The notes under the pieces are model-generated. The model saw nothing but the letters and a program-made list of their open reading frames with translations. It was not told the origin of the DNA and ran no database searches. DNA of 64,000 nt, taken from assembly GCA_018238545.1 (NCBI GenBank), contig JABCTC010000010.1, positions 29,890-93,889 of the forward strand, written 5' to 3'. The position numbers and the translations under genes are program-made. Shown one piece after another: positions 19,232 to 29,422 of this stretch (within the stretch, counting starts at the first letter, position 1; the number at the start of each line of letters is the position of its first letter). The DNA comes from Candidatus Heimdallarchaeota archaeon (GTDB taxonomy: Archaea > Asgardarchaeota > Heimdallarchaeia > Heimdallarchaeales > Heimdallarchaeaceae).

Positions 19232-20149
19232 TTACAATTTTTTCTTTGGTAAATGGTCGCTCAACAGTGCATTCAATTCTGTTGTCAAATCCTTATGTTC
19301 ATCTTTCAGATACTCATGTAACACTATAGAAAGTCTACGGGCTTCTGGTAATGCTTCTTCTCGATCTACAGCGATGAGCACAACATGGTCATCAATCTCC
19401 GAAATAAAGAAATGGTTTTCATCAACTTTCAGAACTTTAAACCGCTCATGCCCTAGAATCTCGTTTGCAAATCCGCTCAAAGCTTTAATGTAACCTACAA
19501 ACATCCCTGTGTCTTGTGCAATTTCATCAGGGTCATGAATGTATAATGGGTTTCCAAAAATGTCAGAGATGATGAGTGCCTTGAATTTCTTAAATTGAAG
19601 TTCCCTAAAACGTTTAATCTTTGAAGTAAACCATTTAAAAGCAAGCTCAATATTTTCTTCATTTCTTACTGATATTTTGAAGAATTGGAAAGAAATATTT
19701 GGATATGAAGACATTTCATCCAGTTTCATGTCACTAATTATTTTATCAAGACTAAGAGCTGTTTTCAGATCAGATTTATTAGCAAGAAAAAGGATGGCTT
19801 TATCTGAATAAGATTCACCTAACCATTCTTTCACTATTTTCCAGTACCAAGTGGAAGCTTCTTCTAATTTTGAAGTATCAGAAGAATCAATAACAAAAAT
19901 AATGCCCATGGATGTTAGCACATTGGATTCCCACATATTCTCTCGAGAAGATTCTTGCCCTGATATATCGTAAATATTGAAAAGTATATTGCCTATCTTT
20001 ATGTTTTCAACAACCATTCCAACAGTAGGTTTAGGGCGAGTAAATCGTTTATTCTTAAACCAGTTGACAAGTGTTGTTTTTCCAGCATATTGAAGCCCAA
20101 CAATTACGATTGGCACTGTATCTTGTTCATACCGAAATAGGTTCTCCAT
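19232..20149 (-). CDS. Arf/Sar-like small GTPase fused to a C-terminal longin/roadblock-like domain
   Basis: G1 GLQYAGKTT, G2 PTVG, G3 DISGQ, G4 NKSD; tail LIISDIFGNPLY...MFVGYIKALSGFANEI. Confidence 0.85.
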   Translation of the reverse strand: MENLFRYEQDTVPIVIVGLQYAGKTTLVNWFKNKRFTRPKPTVGMVVENIKIGNILFNIYDISGQESSRENMWESNVLTSMGIIFVIDSSDTSKLEEASTWYWKIVKEWLGESYSDKAILFLANKSDLKTALSLDKIISDMKLDEMSSYPNISFQFFKISVRNEENIELAFKWFTSKIKRFRELQFKKFKALIISDIFGNPLYIHDPDEIAQDTGMFVGYIKALSGFANEILGHERFKVLKVDENHFFISEIDDHVVLIAVDREEALPEARRLSIVLHEYLKDEHKDLTTELNALLSDHLPKKKL

Positions 20150-20188
20150 ATTGCTTCCCTAATTATCTAATCATTGAATTTTGAGTGT

Positions 20189-22483
20189 TTAAAGGTTAAG
20201 TATGAGGTAATCCAAAGTTGAAATCATATCAGAGTATGGCGGTTCTTGTCTTTTTCTTCTGTTTCGTATAGAGGAGGCATTTTCTCGGCAGAACAATGAA
20301 AGTTGGTAAATGAATTTTGGAAGCTCTGCTTGATCTTCTAAATAATTTATGATTTTACCCATAGATTCACTAACTTCAAAGAATAATTTGTTAGCTCGAT
20401 TGTAACTGCCTTCAGCTCTGGTCATTTTGTTACTTTTTGCAAAAAGTTCTCCCAAAATGATATGTTCGACTGCTTCAACCATTATTTTAATAGAAGGTAT
20501 GAAAACTTCTCTTCTTCTAACAAAATCAAAATTGATGGCATTACCTTTTATTGAAACGTTTTCATTAGCTGCTAATAGTTCTTGTGTATCGAGTAGAATT
20601 AAGTCAAGCAACTCATGGAAGTCTGTTTTTTCATTGAACTGAGCTTCAACGGATTCCGCAATAAACTCTGGTAACTCCTCTGCTTCAATAACAAGGGTTA
20701 TCATCTCTTCCATCAATGCTCTCTTAGTATTCTTATAGGAGCTTTGAAGCCCTAAAGAAACTAAATTAGATTCTGTAACCATTCCGGAAATTTTTGTTTC
20801 AACCAATCTTTGATTAATTAATTTCTTTAGCTCTTTTTCTCCTTTTTTAATCTCTGATATGCTCTGCTCTGCTTTCTTTACATAATAGTGAGCTCTGGCT
20901 CTTAAAATTAAATCTAGGACTATATTGTAATCACTGTATAGGTAGATTTTATTCTCTGCAATTATTGATTTGATATAATTTCTCATGGCATGGATTTTAT
21001 TTCTTTGCGCATCTTTTTCCTGAATGAACTGTGGTAATAGTTCTATTGCCCTTTCCAAATAAGAAAGTTTTTCATCTATTTCTTGCAATTCATCTAAACT
21101 AGCCATTGGATTGTCGTGATTAACTTTAATGTGCGCTATTGGTACATCAGATAATGCAGTACTCATAGCTCTTAATGGAAAGTTAAATTGGGAAATCAAC
21201 CTGTCGATAACATTGAAAGTTACATTTTCTTGCGTAAGTAAATCATTTATCATAAAAGCTGCGGATGAATAAGTTACACTAACCCCATAAATATATGGAA
21301 GTGATCCTGCACCCTCAATATTTTTTAGTATTTCTGTTATTTCCATACAAGATGTTAGAGCTCCCTCAGTATCTTGAGCATATAACTTATCAACTATCTC
21401 TGTATATTTTAAAGCAAGCTCTGTGATGGATTTTAGGATTTTAAGTTCAGATTCTTCAGCTTTTATTCTTTTGTAAAGATTCTCACTCTGAGAACTTTCT
21501 GATTTCTTTAGAATTTTGTAAGCTTTCTTGTATTCAGACAATGCTCTCGAATAATATCTAGATGCATGACCAAGATCTCCTCCTTCAAGTGCGCTTTCTG
21601 CAAGTAATTTGAAATGTTGGACCATCGAAACAGAACTTTGTGCATCAACTATAGGCATAAAATCCATCTTGATTGCCATCCCCTTACTTCCTACAGATTC
21701 TGGAGCTTTATTCCACAACTTGATAACTGTCTTAAAATGCTCCTTTGCATGATTTAGGATGGACAGTTCGGAAATAGGATCTGACCACCAAAAATCTTGA
21801 GATGTTTTTCGGGAGATATCTATGATATGAGTTAATAAAGTGACACCTTGAAGGTAATCATATTCTCCTTTCTTAGAAAGCACTCTAGGATCGGTATTAC
21901 TATTAGGTAAACTATCATAAAGAGGTAACAATCGCTTCAAATTTTCCAATTGAACTAAAGGCATAATAACATCAAGAAGATCCTCCCTTGTTGGGGTGGG
22001 AGTTAGCCCAGAAATTTCGACATCTGGTAATGAATCGGTTAGGATTCTATATAAAATTCGATCAATTGATTCTTTTGCTATAATATAGTACGTATATTGA
22101 CTTGTTGCTGGTTTATGATTGAATACTCCTCTATTTCTCACCTGGGAATAAACATAGGTTAAAACTCCTAGCTGTAATTCAAATTTATTCAAAGCCATTA
22201 TTTGATTTGGAAAATCACCATAGAGTAATTCATGAAGAGCTAATGGATTATCTTTCCCTTGCTTAATGTCTTGATAAACGTCATATATTCTTTCTATTGC
22301 CATATCTGCTAAACTGTTTATTGCTGACAAGTTTTTTGAACATGATTCAGCAAATGTAACCCACGCTTCAGATATTTCCTTTGGTTCATCTAATTGAGTA
22401 AATGAACTGTAGAGATTATCTCTTTCTAGCTCCATCTCAACAAATTTGTTGAATGGTCTAGTGTCCAATAGTGATAAGTTCAT
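20189..22483 (-). CDS. Large all-helical (TPR-like/solenoid) hypothetical protein
   Basis: About 765 aa, soluble and helical; GDLGHASRYYSRALSEYKKA and TRAEGSYNRANKLF are TPR-like; likely ATG at 22483. Confidence 0.6.
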   Translation of the reverse strand: MNLSLLDTRPFNKFVEMELERDNLYSSFTQLDEPKEISEAWVTFAESCSKNLSAINSLADMAIERIYDVYQDIKQGKDNPLALHELLYGDFPNQIMALNKFELQLGVLTYVYSQVRNRGVFNHKPATSQYTYYIIAKESIDRILYRILTDSLPDVEISGLTPTPTREDLLDVIMPLVQLENLKRLLPLYDSLPNSNTDPRVLSKKGEYDYLQGVTLLTHIIDISRKTSQDFWWSDPISELSILNHAKEHFKTVIKLWNKAPESVGSKGMAIKMDFMPIVDAQSSVSMVQHFKLLAESALEGGDLGHASRYYSRALSEYKKAYKILKKSESSQSENLYKRIKAEESELKILKSITELALKYTEIVDKLYAQDTEGALTSCMEITEILKNIEGAGSLPYIYGVSVTYSSAAFMINDLLTQENVTFNVIDRLISQFNFPLRAMSTALSDVPIAHIKVNHDNPMASLDELQEIDEKLSYLERAIELLPQFIQEKDAQRNKIHAMRNYIKSIIAENKIYLYSDYNIVLDLILRARAHYYVKKAEQSISEIKKGEKELKKLINQRLVETKISGMVTESNLVSLGLQSSYKNTKRALMEEMITLVIEAEELPEFIAESVEAQFNEKTDFHELLDLILLDTQELLAANENVSIKGNAINFDFVRRREVFIPSIKIMVEAVEHIILGELFAKSNKMTRAEGSYNRANKLFFEVSESMGKIINYLEDQAELPKFIYQLSLFCRENASSIRNRRKRQEPPYSDMISTLDYLILNL

Positions 22484-22583
22484 AGCTAAAAATAGTACTT
22501 TCCAAAAATAAACCTTTTGCACATTCTTTTCGACTTATATTTGAATGCAAAACATCTAAATATGGTAATTTTAAACGGACGAT

Positions 22584-23669
22584 GTGAAACCTCTAGATTT
22601 TAAGAAAAGACAATCGACTATTGTAGAAGATATGAATAAGTCAGAAATAGATTTATTCCTTATTACTCCTTCAATAGATTTTGGTTATCTGTTTAAGTCA
22701 TTTATGTCTATAAGTGAGAGACTAATATGTGGTGTTTTGAGTATTCATGATGATGCTAAGATTATTGCACCTTCTTTTGAAAAAGAAAATATCAAAAATC
22801 ATACTCCATTTGATGATGTGATAACTTGGAAAGAAGAAGAAGACCCCTTTGTAGTTCTCAAAGAATCTATCAATTTTAATGTGAAAAAAATCGCTTTGGA
22901 GCCAACATTACCCTTTGAAATCTACACCAAACTAAAAAAACAATTTCCAGAAACTGAATTTATAGATGGGAGCTCGATTATAAGGAAACAAAGATCAATC
23001 AAAACAGAAGCTGAGATTGAACGTTTGGAAGAAGCTGGCAAATATACTATCGCAGGTATGATGAGCGCTTTGGAATTACTTAAACCAGGTTTAACAGAAT
23101 TGGATGCTTTGAAAATATTCCAGAAAGAAATGACCTTACAATCAGGTGAACCAAGTTGGGTTCTTGTACAGTTTGATGAGAACAGTGCTGTTCCCCATGG
23201 ACCACCCTCTGAAAGAAAAATGAAGGAAAACAGTGTTGTGCTCATTGATGCGGGAACGATGTGCGATCATTATTTTGCAGATATAACATTGACAACATTC
23301 TATGGAAACGTTACTGATGAATTTCTTAAAGTATATGAGATCGTCCAAGAAGCTAATGATGTAGCACTTGAAGTGTCAAAAGTGGGTGTACGATGTGAAG
23401 AAGTTGATTTTGCTGCTAGAAAAGTAATTGATAATGCGGGTTATGGACAATACTTTACACATCGTTTAGGGCATGGGCTAGGCTTAGAAGTACATGAGGA
23501 ACCTTACATGGTAAAAGGAAATAAACGACAATTAGTCAAAGGAAATGTCCATACTGATGAACCTGGAATTTACATGCCAAATAAATTTGGTATAAGAATA
23601 GAAGATGACGTTCTTGTGGGAGATAAGTCTAAGAGATTAATAACATTTGATCGATATTTGTGGAAGTAA
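22584..23669 (+). CDS. pepQ: Xaa-Pro dipeptidase/aminopeptidase P (M24B)
   Basis: Creatinase-like N domain; SAVPH, IDAG, ADIT, HRLGHGLGLEVHEEP, EPGIY and GIRIEDD. Confidence 0.92.
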   Translation: MKPLDFKKRQSTIVEDMNKSEIDLFLITPSIDFGYLFKSFMSISERLICGVLSIHDDAKIIAPSFEKENIKNHTPFDDVITWKEEEDPFVVLKESINFNVKKIALEPTLPFEIYTKLKKQFPETEFIDGSSIIRKQRSIKTEAEIERLEEAGKYTIAGMMSALELLKPGLTELDALKIFQKEMTLQSGEPSWVLVQFDENSAVPHGPPSERKMKENSVVLIDAGTMCDHYFADITLTTFYGNVTDEFLKVYEIVQEANDVALEVSKVGVRCEEVDFAARKVIDNAGYGQYFTHRLGHGLGLEVHEEPYMVKGNKRQLVKGNVHTDEPGIYMPNKFGIRIEDDVLVGDKSKRLITFDRYLWK

Positions 23670-23671
23670 AA

Positions 23672-24448
23672 ATGAATTACATCAATTTTGATAGAGTAGC
23701 AGGGGTTTATGACCGAACAAGAGCCGTTCCTATGGAAATTATAGAAATATTAATCCAAGAGATAAACAAAAAACTGCAGGCTGCATTTGGGTCACCTCCC
23801 TATCAAATACTTTCTTTAGGAATAGGTTCTGGTAGAGTTGAGAGCTACATTTCCTCTACAAACAACCATCTTTTTGGTATTGATATTTCAGAATTAATGT
23901 TGAAAGAACTGAAAAAAAAGGATGCAGTTGAGGGTATTTCTATACTGCAAGCTGATGCATGTAATCTTCCATTCCGAGGTAAATTTCATCTAACTATAGC
24001 CATTCATGTGATTCATTTAATAAAAAACCAAAAAGAATTTCTGAGTGAGATAATAAGAACTTCTCAAATGGCTATTTTTGGTGATGTTTATACAGATGCA
24101 TATCAAAGCAAATTATATACATCATTCCTTAACATTTTGTCAACATTAGGTTGGACAAAACAAGAATCGAAGCTAAAAAACAGTTATATCGTAACTGAAA
24201 TGTCAAAACACGGATTTGGAGTTGAGGGATTTTCTGAAACAATCTCCACTTCCCAGACTCACGCTTCAATCTTTGAAAGTATAAAAAAGCGATACTTTTC
24301 TTGGTTATGGGATGTTCCTGAACCAATCTACAAACAGGCAATAAAACTTCTGGAAACCAGAATTAGAAATGAAGAAATAAACCTGAATGAATCATATAAT
24401 ACAAACTCTAGTGTCAAATTGCAAGTTTTCAAGAAATTAGATGATTAA
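23672..24448 (+). CDS. Class I SAM-dependent methyltransferase
   Basis: FDRVAGVYDRTR, LSLGIGSGR, GIDISELML and ADACNLPF. Confidence 0.85.
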   Translation: MNYINFDRVAGVYDRTRAVPMEIIEILIQEINKKLQAAFGSPPYQILSLGIGSGRVESYISSTNNHLFGIDISELMLKELKKKDAVEGISILQADACNLPFRGKFHLTIAIHVIHLIKNQKEFLSEIIRTSQMAIFGDVYTDAYQSKLYTSFLNILSTLGWTKQESKLKNSYIVTEMSKHGFGVEGFSETISTSQTHASIFESIKKRYFSWLWDVPEPIYKQAIKLLETRIRNEEINLNESYNTNSSVKLQVFKKLDD

Positions 24449-25812
24449 GGTAGAGTATGTTTGTAATGCTGATCGGTTTCAGTATAATCTTTGCCATCAA
24501 AAACTAAATATTCAGCATGAACATCATGAATATCTCCATATTTTTGGTACCATGGAGATGTACTCAACATTGACCACTTCTCAACAAGCTCTCTTGTAAC
24601 AGTAATAGGCTGTTTCCTTAATTCAGCTATCTTCATAGCTTCAATGAAGGATAAACTAGCAGCCAAAATAACGGAAGTTGGTGTTCTTCGAGATATATGT
24701 AAGTTCCATAGTCTTGTTTTTTCTACTAATATTTTTATTAGTTTTCTGGGAAATAACCCTTCATCAATATTGGAAAGGTGTAATAAATTCTCGATTAATT
24801 CATAATACTGGTCACCAGAAAATGGATATTCTTTGCTAATGTCGAATAAATCAAATCTATTTTTTGTAAAACTGGGTATATCTTTACCCCCTGAAATAAT
24901 TAAATATGAAATTCTAGCTTCAGTAAATTTCTCTTCCATTTTTTTCTCCAATAAACTCAGTTCAACATCTACTTCATCCAGAAATATTACCACTTTAGGA
25001 GTTGAAATGTTCTTGATTAACCAGTATGCTACTTCTTCGCTCACATTTTCTGGATTTGTTTCAATATCTTTATAGAGTCCATTCTTATCCTTCCAAAACT
25101 CAGATCTGTAGACGAACGGTAATTTGAGTTCTTTACATAATTTCATTAAGGAATATATTATCTGTGTTTTTCCTGAACCACCATATCTGCCATAAATATG
25201 TGCAAATTTCTCTGGCTGAATTCCATTAACTACTTTTTCAAACTCTCCCCTTAGAATGCCAACAATTGAATGATTTATAGTAAAGTTGTGCCTTTGCCAG
25301 CAGCATTCTGGATCGATTAAAGGTTGATATTTCTTATACCTGTTTGCAATATCCTTTGCTTCTTTTCTAGTCAAACCAATACTGATTTTTAGAATTTCCT
25401 CTTTGTTATGTGGGAAAGACATTTCTTCTATAATATCCTTGCCATAAACTAAAACACCAGTTTCTCTTAGGTTTAATTGATCCTCAGGTAGCAAGCATTG
25501 TGGATTTTGAACATTAATATGCCATAAATTTGCTTTTGTTCTAACATAATTCCTCGAGAAGGAAGTTGCTAATTCTAAGCCTCCTTCCCATCCAAACTCA
25601 TCTTGGATTGAATCATAGATTAAATCAATTAATATGAAATTTTGAGCAGAAAAATCTCTCCCTTCTAAGATTATTACTAAGCCATTCTTATCCTTAAGCA
25701 AATTATCAAACTGGGAAATATCCCTTGTAAAACTATATACTGAGATTGTATCTGGTGCAACTAATAGAAGTTTCTCTATAAAAGATTGAAGTGCTTCTTC
25801 TCTAAATTTCAT
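24445..25812 (-). CDS. P-loop (AAA+-like) ATPase with degenerate N-terminal nucleotidyltransferase-like region
   Basis: GRYGGSGKT Walker A and VIFLDEVD Walker B; NLRETGVLVYGKDI resembles the neighbouring NTase. Confidence 0.65.
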   Translation of the reverse strand: MKFREEALQSFIEKLLLVAPDTISVYSFTRDISQFDNLLKDKNGLVIILEGRDFSAQNFILIDLIYDSIQDEFGWEGGLELATSFSRNYVRTKANLWHINVQNPQCLLPEDQLNLRETGVLVYGKDIIEEMSFPHNKEEILKISIGLTRKEAKDIANRYKKYQPLIDPECCWQRHNFTINHSIVGILRGEFEKVVNGIQPEKFAHIYGRYGGSGKTQIIYSLMKLCKELKLPFVYRSEFWKDKNGLYKDIETNPENVSEEVAYWLIKNISTPKVVIFLDEVDVELSLLEKKMEEKFTEARISYLIISGGKDIPSFTKNRFDLFDISKEYPFSGDQYYELIENLLHLSNIDEGLFPRKLIKILVEKTRLWNLHISRRTPTSVILAASLSFIEAMKIAELRKQPITVTRELVEKWSMLSTSPWYQKYGDIHDVHAEYLVFDGKDYTETDQHYKHTLP

Positions 25813-25820
25813 GATAGTTC

Positions 25821-26723
25821 CTATCGCAGATTATCAATTATATTATGTACTTCCATGAAAACTCGGCTGAAATTTGCAATATCATTTTCCACCTTCATCA
25901 AATCTTTCAAGTGTGTCATTTGGATTCCCTTTATTCTAAAAGCTCTTTCTAATGCAAACATCATTAATTCTCTAGATTTAGGTACAATTTCCATTATGCT
26001 TGTAAGCGATATGTTTCTTTTGCGACAATTTGCCACTTCTACTACAAAATCACCCATTCTTCCAGGATATTCATTTGTAAACCAATAAGCACTTTTCATC
26101 TTACCGATTAGATTATTGTTTTTCAATGAATGTAGAAGAAATGGAAACCACAAAATCCAATCCATCGCTTTTTCATAGTTTGGTGATTTTGTATGTTGAA
26201 ATGGAAAGTTCATAGATGCTTTTTCCAATTTCGAAAACCTTTCTAAAAACTCATACCAAAAGCCCTCAACTGGCGGTATTGGAAAATGTTTTTTTAAATC
26301 CTCTCCATAAAGAACATGGCTTTTCTCGCGAATAAGAAAATCATCTGATTGCTCAAGAGGATACTTATTTATGATTTCTTGCTGCAACTTACGGACAATA
26401 ATACCTTCAATATCATCATGTGCTACTCTAGTATCAGAAAGCATGGCGTAAGGTATGAAAAATATTTTACAAATATGAGCAAATTCTTTGTTAACGATGA
26501 CCATTCGATTTACTAGTTCATCTATCTTATCGTAATCTTTATCCCAAAGATTTTTTTCTAGAATAATTACAATATCTATGGTACTATATCTTTTTGAAAA
26601 ATCATCTAGAACAATATCTCCAGCTAGAATAATAGAACGGGTTTGTAAAGTTGTAACTGCGTATTCTACGAATAATTTCAAGAATCTTGGTAATTCTGGA
26701 TATCGTTCGTAAGTGACTTTCAT
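25821..26723 (-). CDS. Pol-beta superfamily nucleotidyltransferase-fold protein (AadA/ANT-like), catalytic motif degenerate
   Basis: SIILAGDIVLDDF...STIDIVII; LIREKSHVLYGED; GKMKSAYWF in the C-terminal helical domain. Confidence 0.65.
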   Translation of the reverse strand: MKVTYERYPELPRFLKLFVEYAVTTLQTRSIILAGDIVLDDFSKRYSTIDIVIILEKNLWDKDYDKIDELVNRMVIVNKEFAHICKIFFIPYAMLSDTRVAHDDIEGIIVRKLQQEIINKYPLEQSDDFLIREKSHVLYGEDLKKHFPIPPVEGFWYEFLERFSKLEKASMNFPFQHTKSPNYEKAMDWILWFPFLLHSLKNNNLIGKMKSAYWFTNEYPGRMGDFVVEVANCRKRNISLTSIMEIVPKSRELMMFALERAFRIKGIQMTHLKDLMKVENDIANFSRVFMEVHNIIDNLR

Positions 26724-26792
26724 AATATGAACACTACTAATTACATTATTAGGTTTTCGTCAGTGCTAATTGATAATTATCATAAAAGACAT

Positions 26793-26817
26793 AAAAAATA
26801 AAAGAAAAAAAGGAAAG
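26793..26817 (-). terminator. Oligo-T terminator (minus strand)
   Basis: A-rich tract on the plus strand just downstream of the minus-strand stop at 26827. Confidence 0.55.
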
Positions 26818-26826
26818 TTATAGTGT

Positions 26827-28629
26827 TTAAACAGAATCTATAACAAAAGTTTCCCAACCGGTAAATATAGGACTGGAAATATATATTGATATAGTGAAAG
26901 TTATACCTGTTGGTTTATCTCCATAATCAAATTGTATTGTTATGTGATGATCTAATGTAGCAGTGATATTAACACCACCTTGTGATTGTGCGATATTATA
27001 GGTAGTATCTTCTACATATGGACCACTTCCACTATCCAACCAATATTGTGCTGTACTATCATCATAAACTGAGTCGATTTCAGTTATTCTGTTGCTACCT
27101 TCCCAGTTTACCGTAATCTGTTCTAAAGTAAGATAATCAGGTACCAAACATTGGAGGTTAAACGATAATATTCCTCTTCTTCTAAAGAAGAATCCACCCC
27201 TACCATCTGTCGCAGTTGCTCCATATAACTTCATAACATCATTGTCTACCTCTACAATATCAACAACCGCAGAAGCTCCATTCCCACTTGAAGATAAGTC
27301 ATATACTTGAGCTACGATAGAGTAATTATCATCAGGCAAAACAAAACTATTGAAGTATAAAACCCATTTATTTTGATTTGCAATATATGTCGCTTCTCCT
27401 TGAACGCTTTGTTGATAGAGATAAGTAAAAGATGAAGAGAAACTGAAGAAATACACATCAAATCTGTTTGTATCGATGCCAGATGGGTCAGAAGCATAGA
27501 CCTCAATGAGAATAGTGTCTGATTTGCTAGTATCATTTTCAGGCGAAATAAAATATGCTATCGGAGCAGTGTTATCGATTAATGAAAAAGTATCTCCTGC
27601 ACTGTTAAGATTACCTGCTTCATCCTTAACGAACAAAGTAAAAACTAAGTCATCTTCAGCCATCTGTAAAGTTTCTGCACCAGTTAGAATGTATTCTGTT
27701 ACAGTGGCTTCAGTTGAAGTGAAAACTTGTTGGTATGGAAAAATATTACCACCAAGGACCAATGTTTGATTAATCAAATCAGCACCATCGATAGTAAATG
27801 TCCATGAGGCACTTAAGAAATCACCAGGATTTATACTTGAACTGTTTACTCCAAAAGTTATTCCTATATAGTCATTATCTATACCAAAAGTTCTTCTGAT
27901 TGTAGATGATTGACCAAGACTATCCTCAACGTAAAAATCTATTTTATAGAGATCTTCATCTGGATATAGTGTGGAATCGATATTATGTGTAATTGCTTGA
28001 TCAGCAAGAACAACAGTGTCATCTGGTAGAAGGAAATCATAAGTTATCGCGGATGTATTAAATCCACCTATGGCAATAGCTTGAGGGTCTATAATCCCAC
28101 TTACCCAACTGCCATCTATAGGATTGAGAACGGTCAAATCTAGTGGCTCAATAATATCAGTATGTCTGAGATTATCAGGGGCAAAGGATGTTAAATCGTT
28201 ATCGTAAGTTATTCTAATTCTAAATATATTCTCTCCAATTTCTACTTTACTTGTTGGATCAAAAACGAGTACTAAATCTACTCTCTGCGTTGTGTCTATA
28301 GACAACGGCATATCATAACCTTGAACAAATGCGTTGAGTATGTCAGTTTCATTTTGCGTATCTGTATTGATGGTCACATTAAGACCTTTTACAATAGCCG
28401 CCGCCGTTCCTGAATTTTGTAGAGTAACATAAGCTACATCAGTAACAGAGTCTCCATCTCTATCAAACCATTGAACTGTAAGTAAATCTACATCAGAACT
28501 GCCTCTTAACATAGGTACAACTAAAAAATAAACCATCGCACTAGCTGCTACAACAAGACTAATCAACATCACTGTAGCTAAAACAGGTGAAACGGCTCTC
28601 TTTGATTTTCTAAAATTTGGTAGTTTCAT
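26827..28629 (-). CDS. Large type IV pilin/archaellin-like surface protein with Ig-like domains
   Basis: Class III signal peptide KSKRA-VSPVLATVMLISLVVAAS; DNTAP, ASDPSGI and DEAGN Ig-like hallmarks; several N-x-S/T sequons. Confidence 0.85.
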   Translation of the reverse strand: MKLPNFRKSKRAVSPVLATVMLISLVVAASAMVYFLVVPMLRGSSDVDLLTVQWFDRDGDSVTDVAYVTLQNSGTAAAIVKGLNVTINTDTQNETDILNAFVQGYDMPLSIDTTQRVDLVLVFDPTSKVEIGENIFRIRITYDNDLTSFAPDNLRHTDIIEPLDLTVLNPIDGSWVSGIIDPQAIAIGGFNTSAITYDFLLPDDTVVLADQAITHNIDSTLYPDEDLYKIDFYVEDSLGQSSTIRRTFGIDNDYIGITFGVNSSSINPGDFLSASWTFTIDGADLINQTLVLGGNIFPYQQVFTSTEATVTEYILTGAETLQMAEDDLVFTLFVKDEAGNLNSAGDTFSLIDNTAPIAYFISPENDTSKSDTILIEVYASDPSGIDTNRFDVYFFSFSSSFTYLYQQSVQGEATYIANQNKWVLYFNSFVLPDDNYSIVAQVYDLSSSGNGASAVVDIVEVDNDVMKLYGATATDGRGGFFFRRRGILSFNLQCLVPDYLTLEQITVNWEGSNRITEIDSVYDDSTAQYWLDSGSGPYVEDTTYNIAQSQGGVNITATLDHHITIQFDYGDKPTGITFTISIYISSPIFTGWETFVIDSV

Positions 28630-28759
28630 CTATATACCTCTAACTGGTCACTAAACATATTATGAAGTTTAAGGTAATAAATTTTGTTGCTGTGCTAGTG
28701 CCTAAGATAGTTGAATGGAATAACTTATAATCACCTCAAAGCGTTCGTTGCATGATAAT

Positions 28760-29410
28760 ATGCCCTCAGAGAAAAAAGTTGTAGTGAAGAAGCATGCATA
28801 TCAAGTAAATGATGAACTTGCGGATAAAATTAGAGAATTAATGAAGAGTAAGAACAAACTATTTTTCAATATGATGGGCTCAATCGGGGCGGGAAAAACT
28901 CTAATATTAGAGCAGCTGGCTGCAAAACTCTCTTCGAAATATCGAGTCTTTGTTATCAATGGAGATGTAGCTACTACGATAGATGCTGATAGAATAGCTA
29001 AACAGGGAGCAACAACAGTACAGATAAACACTGGTGGTGGTTGCCATCTGAGCGCAAAACTAATCCAAAATGAATTAGATAAAATAAATATTGATGATTA
29101 TGATATCTTCATCGCTGAAAATGTAGGGAATCTAATTTGCCCAGCTGCTTGGGATATTGGCGCACAGCTCAACATTACTGTTGTTAGCATAACAGAAGGA
29201 GAATATGTTGTTAAGAAACATCCTATAATCTTTAAAGATGCAGAAATTGCAATAATCAATAAATGTGATCTCGAGGGAATGGGTTTTGAATCTGCAGTCT
29301 TAGCAGAAGATGCTGCAAAAATAAAATCTGGCATGAAAGTTATTTTAACCAGTGCAAAAACTGGTCAAGGGATAGATGAACTTATCAAAACACTTGGAAT
29401 TTCAATCTGA
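28760..29410 (+). CDS. hypB: Hydrogenase nickel incorporation GTPase HypB
   Basis: GSIGAGKT, DADRI, QINTGGGCHL, ENVGNLICPA, KHP and NKCD. Confidence 0.95.
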   Translation: MPSEKKVVVKKHAYQVNDELADKIRELMKSKNKLFFNMMGSIGAGKTLILEQLAAKLSSKYRVFVINGDVATTIDADRIAKQGATTVQINTGGGCHLSAKLIQNELDKINIDDYDIFIAENVGNLICPAAWDIGAQLNITVVSITEGEYVVKKHPIIFKDAEIAIINKCDLEGMGFESAVLAEDAAKIKSGMKVILTSAKTGQGIDELIKTLGISI

Positions 29411-29422
29411 AGGACGATAAGA

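Noticed and set aside
25821-26723. Functional aminoglycoside resistance adenylyltransferase or CBASS cyclase
   Set aside because: GS and the first catalytic Asp are replaced; no effector or Cap genes adjacent
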